This document shows positions 1-7,737 of a stretch of 27,453 nucleotides of DNA, in pieces. This stretch comes from an uncultured bacterium (GTDB lineage: Bacteria; Zixibacteria; MSB-5A5; GN15; FEB-12), in the NCBI GenBank assembly GCA_965372795.1, contig CBDVDR010000028.1, positions 1 to 27,453 of the forward strand, read 5' to 3'. The notes beneath the pieces were generated by a model. That model did not search any database. It was not told where the DNA came from and saw only the letters and a list, made by a program, of their open reading frames with translations. Position numbers and translations under genes: made by a program. Numbering within the stretch: the first letter of the stretch is position 1; each line of letters opens with the position of its first letter.

Positions 1-51
1 AGATGTCGTCGGTTCCCCCCTAAAGGGGATACAAGAATCCTCTCACCCCGA
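1..51 (+). repeat. tRNA-Pro-derived 3' fragment, copy 1 (truncated by window edge), with hairpin insert in T-loop
   Basis: AGATGTCGTCGGTTC-[CCCCCTAAAGGGGATACAA]-GAATCCTCTCACCCCGA; 49/51 identical to 2097..2147; ends like tRNA-Pro (GAATCCTCTCACCCCGA). Confidence 0.85.
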
Positions 52-148
52 TTTTTTTAATTAATATAATCCACTATTACTATTGTTAATTATATCCTAC
101 AATGATATACAAGTACATGAACCTACAATTTTAACTCTATTTAAATTA

Positions 149-177
149 TTGACAACAATATAACATTTACTTAATCT
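149..177 (+). promoter_or_regulatory. sigma70-type promoter of the DUF6044-like gene
   Basis: TTGACA-17 nt-TAATCT about 100 nt upstream of ATG 278. Confidence 0.55.
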
Positions 178-277
178 TCGAAATCAATTATGAAGTTTTC
201 AAATTTTAGAAACTATCTATATCAATAAATAGTCTAATATTTTGTTATAGAGGTGAATGAGGTAACAATTAAGAATT

Positions 278-2011
278 ATGAAATATATACATCAACGTTT
301 TCTCGAATTTTTTGAAGACTTTAGTCTTTACGGCTTCTCCATGTTATTTTTCTTATTTCTATTACCGGTCCTTATTTTGAGAGAGAATGCTTACTTCATT
401 GTCCACGACAACCTTGACTCTCAAGTAGCTTTACGAGCTGTTTTAGCGGCAAGTAATACATTGTTTAACAGTGACGCATTAATAATGCAAATCATGAATG
501 GGCTACCTCGTTCAATGGTTGGCAATACTCTTAATATCACAACTTTTTTATATTCAATATTTCCATCTTCAACTGCTTATTTGAGTAATTACTTCCTCAT
601 ACATATAATAGCTTTTGTAGGAATGTATCTATTAATTTCCAAACATTTCGAAGTAAACAATAAAATCATATCAAGTGGTGTAGCATTTTGTTTTGGTGTG
701 CTTCCTTTTTATTCAATTTTTGGTTTATCTATAGCTGGACTTCCATTACTTGTTTATGCAATTCTAAACATAATAGGCCAAAAAAGCCGAATAACCGATT
801 ATTTTATTATATTTATCTTTGCTCTCTATTCATATCTTTCTCTGGTTGGGTTGTTTATCATTACATCTTTATTTGTTTGGTTCGTTATTGACTGGATAAT
901 TCACAAGCATCCTAATCTAAAATTTGCATACCCTATAGTAATTTTATCTATTACTTATATGATTGTTGAATACAACCTTATTGAAGGAATTTTATATGGC
1001 AATAAATATGTTTCAAATCGAACAGAATTCGCTTACCAATCTATAGCAATACCTTGGCGTCAAGCTGTCACAAAAACAGGATCATTCTTTTTAAGTGGTC
1101 AATATCACGCTTCAAGTTTACATAAGTATATTTTGATTTTGATAGTCCCACTAGCTTTTATAATTGCTACATTCAACAAAAGACGAAAAGAGTTAGTAAT
1201 CATAACTTCAATTCTTTTCATAAATTTAGTCCTGGCAACTATAGCAGGGTTTCAAGACTGGGATCAATTGATACCGATTAAGAGTACAATAAACTTATTG
1301 TATATGTTCCAATTTGGTAGATTTCACTTTCTACATCCACTGACATGGTACATACTTTTTGCAATTTCACTGGGAATGGTTTATCGGTTCAGATTCAAAG
1401 TTTTTAATGGACGATATTTAGTATGTATATTGATATTGTTTCAGGGATTTTATATTCTAACTCATAACAAAGAATTTATGGGATCGGTAAGAATTTTAGT
1501 TAACAATGAAAACAATATTGATGAAACTAAGAACACTATTGCTGGTTTTTATTCTGAGGATTTGTTTCATGAAATAAACGAATATATTGGCAAGTCGAAA
1601 AACTCATATCGAGTCGTTAGCATAGGAATTCATCCAGCCATTTCAGCCTATAATGGCTTCTATACTTTAGATTTTTATACTGAAAATTATCCACTATCAT
1701 ACAAACACCATTTTAGAGAAATAATTGCTGGCGAATTAGAGAAAAGCAAAAGGTGGCGAGATTACTTTGACGGTTGGGGAAATCGTTGTTATGTTTTCTC
1801 AAGTGAACTGAATGATTTCATGACCACCAAACAGCAAGAGGCTAAAATAAAAGATTTTCAATTTAATACCCAAAGTTTTAAAAATATGGGTGGCGAATAC
1901 ATTTTCTCTGCTGTTGAAATTCTTAATAGCAATGAGAATATGCTACAACTAGAGAGAATTTTCACCAATGACAACTCTCCATGGCGCATATTCCTATATA
2001 GAGCATTATAG
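278..2011 (+). CDS. DUF6044/YkoS-like polytopic membrane protein (possible GT-C type glycosyltransferase)
   Basis: 577 aa, many TM segments; motifs HDNLDS, MNGLPR, FQFGRFHFLHP, YRVVSIGIHP..YNGFYTLD, YKHHFREIIAGEL, WGNRCY. Confidence 0.75.
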   Translation: MKYIHQRFLEFFEDFSLYGFSMLFFLFLLPVLILRENAYFIVHDNLDSQVALRAVLAASNTLFNSDALIMQIMNGLPRSMVGNTLNITTFLYSIFPSSTAYLSNYFLIHIIAFVGMYLLISKHFEVNNKIISSGVAFCFGVLPFYSIFGLSIAGLPLLVYAILNIIGQKSRITDYFIIFIFALYSYLSLVGLFIITSLFVWFVIDWIIHKHPNLKFAYPIVILSITYMIVEYNLIEGILYGNKYVSNRTEFAYQSIAIPWRQAVTKTGSFFLSGQYHASSLHKYILILIVPLAFIIATFNKRRKELVIITSILFINLVLATIAGFQDWDQLIPIKSTINLLYMFQFGRFHFLHPLTWYILFAISLGMVYRFRFKVFNGRYLVCILILFQGFYILTHNKEFMGSVRILVNNENNIDETKNTIAGFYSEDLFHEINEYIGKSKNSYRVVSIGIHPAISAYNGFYTLDFYTENYPLSYKHHFREIIAGELEKSKRWRDYFDGWGNRCYVFSSELNDFMTTKQQEAKIKDFQFNTQSFKNMGGEYIFSAVEILNSNENMLQLERIFTNDNSPWRIFLYRAL

Positions 2012-2082
2012 GTTTTTCGTCAATTTACTTAAATTAGTACTTGTATGTACATAATGTGATTGCGAACAGATTCAATAAATAA

Positions 2083-2147
2083 TTGCTTTGGGAGTAAGAT
2101 GCCGTCGGTTCCCCCCTAAAGGGGATGCAAGAATCCTCTCACCCCGA
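2083..2147 (+). pseudogene. tRNA-Pro(UGG) 3' half, copy 2, with 19-nt hairpin insert in T-loop
   Basis: Anticodon arm TTGC-TTTGGGA-GTAA (TGG at 2089-2091), variable loop, GGTTC..GAATCC interrupted by an insert, acceptor 3' strand CACCCCGA; no 5' acceptor strand or D-arm upstream. Confidence 0.8.
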
Positions 2148-2188
2148 TTTAATAATTAATTACAAATTTTCAGTATATATCACAGATA

Positions 2189-2524
2189 TTATTCATTTTC
2201 TTTTGAAGATGGGTTTTGTTCAAGTTTGAAAAATCTGTAAATTATTATTACCAAAATAGTCAGAGTCGTGGTAAATAAAAGGGCGTTAAGCAGAATATTC
2301 AAATCAATCGTTTTCATCAAATAAATATTCCTGCCAATTTTTGGTGATAAACATAATAAGAGAAATAATCCTATTATGCTTTTTCCTGTTTTGGGAAGTT
2401 TTACTAAAAAACCGATAATTCCCCCGATAAGAATACCAACTATAACTGAAAGAGGTGAAAGAATTATAAATTTATAAATTACTTGAAAGTACGACACTAA
2501 ACCAAACATAATAACAATATCCAT
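2189..2524 (-). CDS. small hypothetical membrane protein
   Basis: 111 aa hydrophobic ORF with 3-4 TM segments; very AT-rich, no clear RBS. Confidence 0.4.
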   Translation of the reverse strand: MDIVIMFGLVSYFQVIYKFIILSPLSVIVGILIGGIIGFLVKLPKTGKSIIGLFLLLCLSPKIGRNIYLMKTIDLNILLNALLFTTTLTILVIIIYRFFKLEQNPSSKENE

Positions 2525-2627
2525 TATTTGGATAATTATTCAATTAAAAATCAAAATAATGTAATAATTCTTAAGAATTAAACTTTGGCTACTTCTAAAA
2601 TAATATTATAACACTACGATTTGGTTT

Positions 2628-2649
2628 ATAGCCGGGTCTCCCCGGCTAT
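2628..2649. terminator. 9-bp hairpin, near copy of the 4075..4095 terminator
   Basis: ATAGCCGGG-TCTC-CCCGGCTAT (GAGA tetraloop on minus strand), downstream of 2721..3845. Confidence 0.6.
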
Positions 2650-2720
2650 TTTCATAAATACAAATTCAAAACTTTAATTATTTTTAAAAGACAACTATTA
2701 TTAAAAATTAACCTGATTAG

Positions 2721-3845
2721 TTAATAGCTAATCATATTGATATCATCACTGCCTTGTAGATTCTGTCCATCGAAAGTATTACCTGTTAGCAAACCTTCAG
2801 TAGATTCACAGGAAAGCGTTGTTTCACAAATACGGAAATGAAAGAGAGCATCAATATCACCGTCACCGTCTACATCTTCAAGATGACGTCTGGGATCTCC
2901 ACTTTCTGTGTCAATATGAGCCTCTCCTGCTCCTTCGAAAAATACTGTAGCTGGATTAACGGAAGTGGCGTCAAAATCATCAGTGGTCAGAACTGCCACC
3001 GGGATCATACCGTTTTCATTTTTGCAATTAAATGGATTTAGCTCAGAGCCCGGTTTTATATCAATTTCTATATCTAAGGTGCTAATGTCCTGTCTGGTTA
3101 TTCTAAGCTTCCCTGCTAAGTCGTTAGTTGCTGTCCAACCGGTATTGATAGAACCACCAGTACCAAAAAGTTCTTTTGATTCATAATGACCAGTTCGAAT
3201 ACTAATCTCAAGGCTGTTATTTTCCGGATCGGTAAGAAACAACTTAGCATTACAATTGGGGTTAGTATGATACTCGGGATTAAGATAAAAATCGACCTGA
3301 ACATCAAAATCACCATGAATATAGTAATCTCTTGTGTCGTACCCACCAACATTATTCCATCCGACCGAATTGGGTCCGGCTAGTATGTCAATGTTTAACA
3401 CACCATTTGCTTCAACTACACTTACCCCTGAAGTTTGACCTGCCCACCAAATTGAGCGAGTTATTCCATCCTCAAAGTTATCGATAGTATCCCCAACTAA
3501 CGCAATTGGGTCAATATCTCCGGACACAATTACATTGTCGAATTTCACATTCATTGGTGAATATTCTGGTTCCCAGTCCCAGACATCAATTGTGATCATG
3601 AGGTCAGAACCAATGGATGAGATCCAACTTGCATGCTCGACCCAGCCGTTATCCCAGTAATAAGTCGTAATCAATGCTTCGTTTTCAAGCGACTCTAAAC
3701 TCATCAAACCTAATTGGAAATTTGATTCATCCTGAACCGTTTCTTCGGTAACGGATGTAGGTGTATCTGTCCGATCACAAGCTAACATAATAACTAAGAT
3801 TGTAATTAAGAGTGTCAGCAGTTTAGTTTTCGCTAAAATTTTCAT
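2721..3845 (-). CDS. lipoprotein with ConA/LamG-like beta-sandwich and C-terminal IDIKPGS/DxDGDG domain
   Basis: Lipobox MLAC, RBS GGAGG; GDFDVQVDF; C-terminal DIKPGS..NP..IPVAVLT..FDA..DVDGDGDID (Ca-binding-like loop). Confidence 0.7.
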   Translation of the reverse strand: MKILAKTKLLTLLITILVIMLACDRTDTPTSVTEETVQDESNFQLGLMSLESLENEALITTYYWDNGWVEHASWISSIGSDLMITIDVWDWEPEYSPMNVKFDNVIVSGDIDPIALVGDTIDNFEDGITRSIWWAGQTSGVSVVEANGVLNIDILAGPNSVGWNNVGGYDTRDYYIHGDFDVQVDFYLNPEYHTNPNCNAKLFLTDPENNSLEISIRTGHYESKELFGTGGSINTGWTATNDLAGKLRITRQDISTLDIEIDIKPGSELNPFNCKNENGMIPVAVLTTDDFDATSVNPATVFFEGAGEAHIDTESGDPRRHLEDVDGDGDIDALFHFRICETTLSCESTEGLLTGNTFDGQNLQGSDDINMISY

Positions 3846-3988
3846 AGCGAACCTCCTTCAAATAAATTAAAATTTTAAAAAGAAGGACCCTGTACTAAAC
3901 ATCAGAGGCTATATTATAGTCCTATGGATAATTTCTTAGCACTGCGCGAGTGCTTAGGGCTAGGAGTACGTGTAGTGCTAACACCATT

Positions 3989-4017
3989 ATACTAACAGCA
4001 AATCTTTTCTGTGTCAA
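3989..4017 (-). promoter_or_regulatory. sigma70-type promoter for the lipoprotein gene
   Basis: Minus strand TTGACA-17 nt-TAGTAT with extended TG. Confidence 0.5.
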
Positions 4018-4067
4018 TGATTTTCATCATAGGCGAGCGATTAACTCTCCTTTACTCTTGCCGTTAT

Positions 4068-4092
4068 AAAAAAACCGGGTTTCCCCGGCTAT
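4068..4092 (-). terminator. Rho-independent terminator of ECF/anti-sigma/DUF1573 unit
   Basis: Minus strand CCGGG-GAAA-CCCGG followed by a T run, about 30 nt after the stop at 4121. Confidence 0.75.
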
Positions 4093-4120
4093 TTTATAAG
4101 TGATATTTATTACAAATTAA

Positions 4121-4855
4121 CTACATCTTCGTTGAAGAACTATGCTGGGCTCCGCTTCGAACCACCCGTTTCACTGGGATTGTAAAGCGACTGTTATTTT
4201 CATCATCTACTGAAAAAGTAATCGATTTTTCAAAAGACTCACCAAGCTTATCGGCATTTATTTTCAAAATAGCTTCAGCTTTACTACCGGGAGCTATAAT
4301 TTTTGGAAGTTCAAGATCAAAATATCCATCGGGGCTATAAACCAGTTTGGGGTGCAAGTCATCATCGCTGACATTACTTATCGTAAACTTAATTTCATCT
4401 CTAACTTTATCAGTAAACTGCGACAGATCAAGTTTGTAAGGGCTTATAATAATCGGATAGGTAGAATCCGGTCGACTGACAACATGGGTAATAATCCTTA
4501 CTTTCTTTGATCTCCCTCCTTCATTTGTGTCGATTCGGGGTGCTTTTGAAATTCTGTTTTTATACTTCTTAGTGCTGAAAATCACTTCTAAACGGGTGCT
4601 GTCACCCGGAGCCAGGACATCTTTTTCAAGCGGCGTTTTGGTGCAACCACATCCCGGAACAACTTTTAAGATTTTTAATTCTTCATCTCCGGTAGATTTC
4701 AGCCAGAAGGAATAACTTACCTTGGAATTTTGCGGAGTATATCCAAAGTTAAATTCATTTGTTTCAATTGTAAGTTTCGGTGCAGCCTGAACAGACATCA
4801 CAGTCATTAGTACAAACAATAAAGACATAGTAATTATTGTGTTTAGATTTCTCAT
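4121..4855 (-). CDS. DUF1573 domain exported protein
   Basis: Signal peptide; FNFG..F.LKSTG..L.I..V.PGCGCT..LAPG motif; ATG 4855 with GGAG RBS preferred over TTG 4867. Confidence 0.8.
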   Translation of the reverse strand: MRNLNTIITMSLLFVLMTVMSVQAAPKLTIETNEFNFGYTPQNSKVSYSFWLKSTGDEELKILKVVPGCGCTKTPLEKDVLAPGDSTRLEVIFSTKKYKNRISKAPRIDTNEGGRSKKVRIITHVVSRPDSTYPIIISPYKLDLSQFTDKVRDEIKFTISNVSDDDLHPKLVYSPDGYFDLELPKIIAPGSKAEAILKINADKLGESFEKSITFSVDDENNSRFTIPVKRVVRSGAQHSSSTKM

Positions 4856-4937
4856 TACTTTCTCCAATCAATATTTGAATGATTCTTGTTAAGTGAATGA
4901 ACAAAACAAAAACGTTTGAAAGTAAGCTGTTTAATAT

Positions 4938-5549
4938 TTAAATTGTCCCATCATGAAGCTGTTCATATTCGCGTTTCATGATTGGAACGACACTTGAATT
5001 CATCGCACCCGGATTCATCAAACTGATAGCCGTAACAACCAGTTGGATCTCTTTTTCATTTTTCAAATCAAAGATTGTCAGATCGCAGGTTGCTGAACAA
5101 TCGCCAACATCAACCCCTGCTTCAATCAAGCCCATCTCAAAAAGCATATCGCAGATAAGATCATTATCAAGCGCAATCTCTTTTGCCACACCGTTAAGGG
5201 TTAAATTATAGCCAACAATAGAATCGTTACTAAACGGCAGCATTGACAAGAAAAACAAAGCCAACATCGCCGCGATGCCATAAGCAATTTTAAGAGATAT
5301 AACTTTTTTTGGTTTCTTATTTTCAAGCCGAGCATCGATCTTTTTAAATTGTTCAGAAAGGGGCATAATATCTTCATCATCATCAACAGAAGCCGATTTG
5401 AAAACATTAGCCATCAATTGTTCAGTTTGAAGCATCTCACAACACTTTGAACAGTGGTCTAAATGCCTTAGAATCTCACTGTCTGTTATTTCAGGTCTTT
5501 GAGTAAAATTCAACTGCTCAATTCTATTTTTTACTTCTTCGCATCGCAT
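4938..5549 (-). CDS. zf-HC2 anti-sigma factor, single TM
   Basis: MRCEEV..HLDHCSKC (HxxxCxxC), TM helix, directly downstream of the ECF sigma. Confidence 0.8.
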   Translation of the reverse strand: MRCEEVKNRIEQLNFTQRPEITDSEILRHLDHCSKCCEMLQTEQLMANVFKSASVDDDEDIMPLSEQFKKIDARLENKKPKKVISLKIAYGIAAMLALFFLSMLPFSNDSIVGYNLTLNGVAKEIALDNDLICDMLFEMGLIEAGVDVGDCSATCDLTIFDLKNEKEIQLVVTAISLMNPGAMNSSVVPIMKREYEQLHDGTI

Positions 5550-5550
5550 C

Positions 5551-6081
5551 TTATTTCCTGACGATTTTAATTCTTCTATCGTTTTTATAAGCTTCCCCCA
5601 AAGCTATCTTCATTTTCTTTCTAGCTCTAAAAAGCCGAACTTTGATAGCACTTTCCTGAATTTTCCAAACATGAGCCAACTCTGAAATCGTCCATCCTTC
5701 CAATTCATGAAGGGTAATCAAAGCCTGCTCATCGGCTGATATTTCTTTGAATGCGCGGTTCAACCATCTTCGAGCATTGTATTTCTCAGTCGGATTTTCG
5801 CCGATTAATTCAAACTCTCCTTTTTCTGAAAACGACACAAAATTTTTCCAGCGGCTTTTTTTGCAACTGGTATTAAAGTTGTTAACAATAATTCGATAAA
5901 ACCAGGCTTTAAAAGCGTCCTCATTTTTTAAATTTTCCAGAGCATTCATAGCCGCTATCGATGAATCCTGAAACAGGTCGTCAGCTTCTTCCCTGTTTCC
6001 AGTCAGTTTACGGCAGAACAATATTGCTCTTTTATATTCCGGTTCAATCAGCTTCCAAAAGCGTTTCTGAATTTTGTTCAT
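5551..6081 (-). CDS. ECF RNA polymerase sigma factor (sigma-70 family)
   Basis: EADDLFQD, FKAWFYRI..N (region 2); ELA..IQESAIKVRLFRARKK (region 4). Confidence 0.92.
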   Translation of the reverse strand: MNKIQKRFWKLIEPEYKRAILFCRKLTGNREEADDLFQDSSIAAMNALENLKNEDAFKAWFYRIIVNNFNTSCKKSRWKNFVSFSEKGEFELIGENPTEKYNARRWLNRAFKEISADEQALITLHELEGWTISELAHVWKIQESAIKVRLFRARKKMKIALGEAYKNDRRIKIVRK

Positions 6082-6090
6082 TCTAATCTA

Positions 6091-6118
6091 AGACTTCATT
6101 TAGGAGCATCTGGTTACA
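6091..6118 (-). promoter_or_regulatory. putative autoregulatory ECF promoter (near-leaderless)
   Basis: Minus strand TGTAACC-16 nt-AGTCT ending about 10 nt before the sigma ATG; no RBS. Confidence 0.55.
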
Positions 6119-6191
6119 GATTAAATAAATTAATTTCAATATATATTGTACATAACAGCTTTGGCTATGTTCAACTTTCTATAAACTGAAC

Positions 6192-7730
6192 TTACTTAAG
6201 CCGTTCGGTTATGTTATAAAATAAATAAGGTTTGCTTCGGGTTGTGTAATAATGAGCATTAGGGAGCAGTTTAAGCTCTATCTTGAAATAATCATTCAAG
6301 ATCAACCTGAAACTGTTGACCGGCGATAAATCATGCGTCAATAAAGATTTATTTTTAAATTCCGGCAGATATAAAGCATTGAGAATTGAAAATCGTTCCT
6401 GTAGATCGGTTTGAGACAGGTTTTCCCAATACAATCCTGACCCGGGACCATGGTCACCCTGAATTATAATTATCGGCGGATTATCTGAGTTTTGCAAAAT
6501 CTCATCAATCGAAGCAAGAATCCGTTGCGAGATATATTTGAGCTGGTTCTTGTACCCGTTTCTATACTCCTCGGTTGTTCCCCCTTGGATCGTATAATGA
6601 TCACCATCGGCAAACGTAAAGGGCCATTTACGTTCGATTGGCTCGCCGGTTGCAGAAAACACAAACGGCGGGTGGGGACTGATGAGATGCCCAAAAACAA
6701 TTTTCGGAGAGTTAATCTTTTCGAGGTTTCCAATTTTATCAAGGATATATGAAATCCTGCTGCGGTGAATTTCGAACTGCGATTTTGTCTGACTTAATAA
6801 TAGAGCAAGAGGCGTCGTGTTTATCAGAATATTCTGAAACTCACTCAGGGTTGCCCCCGGTTCAAAGTAATAGTCAGCGTTTTCAATTTGGGTCGGAGAA
6901 TGACCGGATTCAAAAGCTATTGTTTTGTAACCGAAATCTTTTAGGAAATTAAAAACTCTGTTATTGCCCAGCATTATTGCAAGGGGCGTGCGGTCGAAGG
7001 CTTGCGGATTAAAATTCCCTAATGATTGCAGATAATCAAAATTTAGTGACGAGGACAACGATTGCACCGTAGCGCAGTAGTTTGAATAGCTGCTGTCAGC
7101 CACAAAAAAACCGCGTTCTCTTAACTCATTAATAAATCCTGAATTGTCGTATTTATAAATTTCTTTTAATACATCTTCCCTGCCGTATCCGTCAAAAATC
7201 AGGTAATAAATATCAGGAAGTTTCTCTGGCACATAAACCGAAGAACCAAGATTCTCTAATTGAGAGGTTTGCTTCAGTCGTTCAACATGAATATCAGCAA
7301 CCAGTCCAAATTGTAACAGGACCAGCGCCAAAGCAGCTACATTAAGAAACTGAGTTAAGCCCTCAAAACTCTTTTTGGTTTTTCTAAGATAAACAAAAAA
7401 GATCATAGCCAGGGATAGGATCAGAGCCAGAATAATAAAGTCGAGCGTTTGTGAGATTTCGCTAAAAAACCCCACATCCCGTAAAATCCCGGTAAGATGA
7501 CCAAAGGAGAAAAAGCCGATAGACAGTAAAGTTACAACTAATGAAGATTTAATAAAGCTTTGCAGTACCGGCTTAAATATAAAAAGAAGCATCCCTGTAG
7601 CAACTAAGGCTGCCGCCAAGGGATAGAATATTTCTGTGAAATTCATTTCGGTCGCGTTTTGGGCGTACAAAAACAGAATCGGAAAGATTGAAAAAAGAAA
7701 CGAGTGTAATACTAATCGTTTCATATTCAT
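6192..7730 (-). CDS. membrane-anchored sulfatase/LtaS-like (alkaline phosphatase superfamily) transferase
   Basis: About 5 N-terminal TMs; PDIYYLIFDGY, SNYCAT..SLSS, H..SPHPPF, IIQGDHG. Confidence 0.82.
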   Translation of the reverse strand: MNMKRLVLHSFLFSIFPILFLYAQNATEMNFTEIFYPLAAALVATGMLLFIFKPVLQSFIKSSLVVTLLSIGFFSFGHLTGILRDVGFFSEISQTLDFIILALILSLAMIFFVYLRKTKKSFEGLTQFLNVAALALVLLQFGLVADIHVERLKQTSQLENLGSSVYVPEKLPDIYYLIFDGYGREDVLKEIYKYDNSGFINELRERGFFVADSSYSNYCATVQSLSSSLNFDYLQSLGNFNPQAFDRTPLAIMLGNNRVFNFLKDFGYKTIAFESGHSPTQIENADYYFEPGATLSEFQNILINTTPLALLLSQTKSQFEIHRSRISYILDKIGNLEKINSPKIVFGHLISPHPPFVFSATGEPIERKWPFTFADGDHYTIQGGTTEEYRNGYKNQLKYISQRILASIDEILQNSDNPPIIIIQGDHGPGSGLYWENLSQTDLQERFSILNALYLPEFKNKSLLTHDLSPVNSFRLILNDYFKIELKLLPNAHYYTTRSKPYLFYNITERLK

Positions 7731-7737
7731 CCCTCCC

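Noticed and set aside
1..2147. CRISPR array or integron attC interpretation of the repeats
   Set aside because: Only two copies, 2.1 kb apart and clearly tRNA-derived; no cas or intI gene and no attC R-box structure.
3936..3956. Canonical CIRCE/HrcA operator
   Set aside because: The half-sites are much closer than the required 9-nt spacing, and the downstream gene is not a chaperone.
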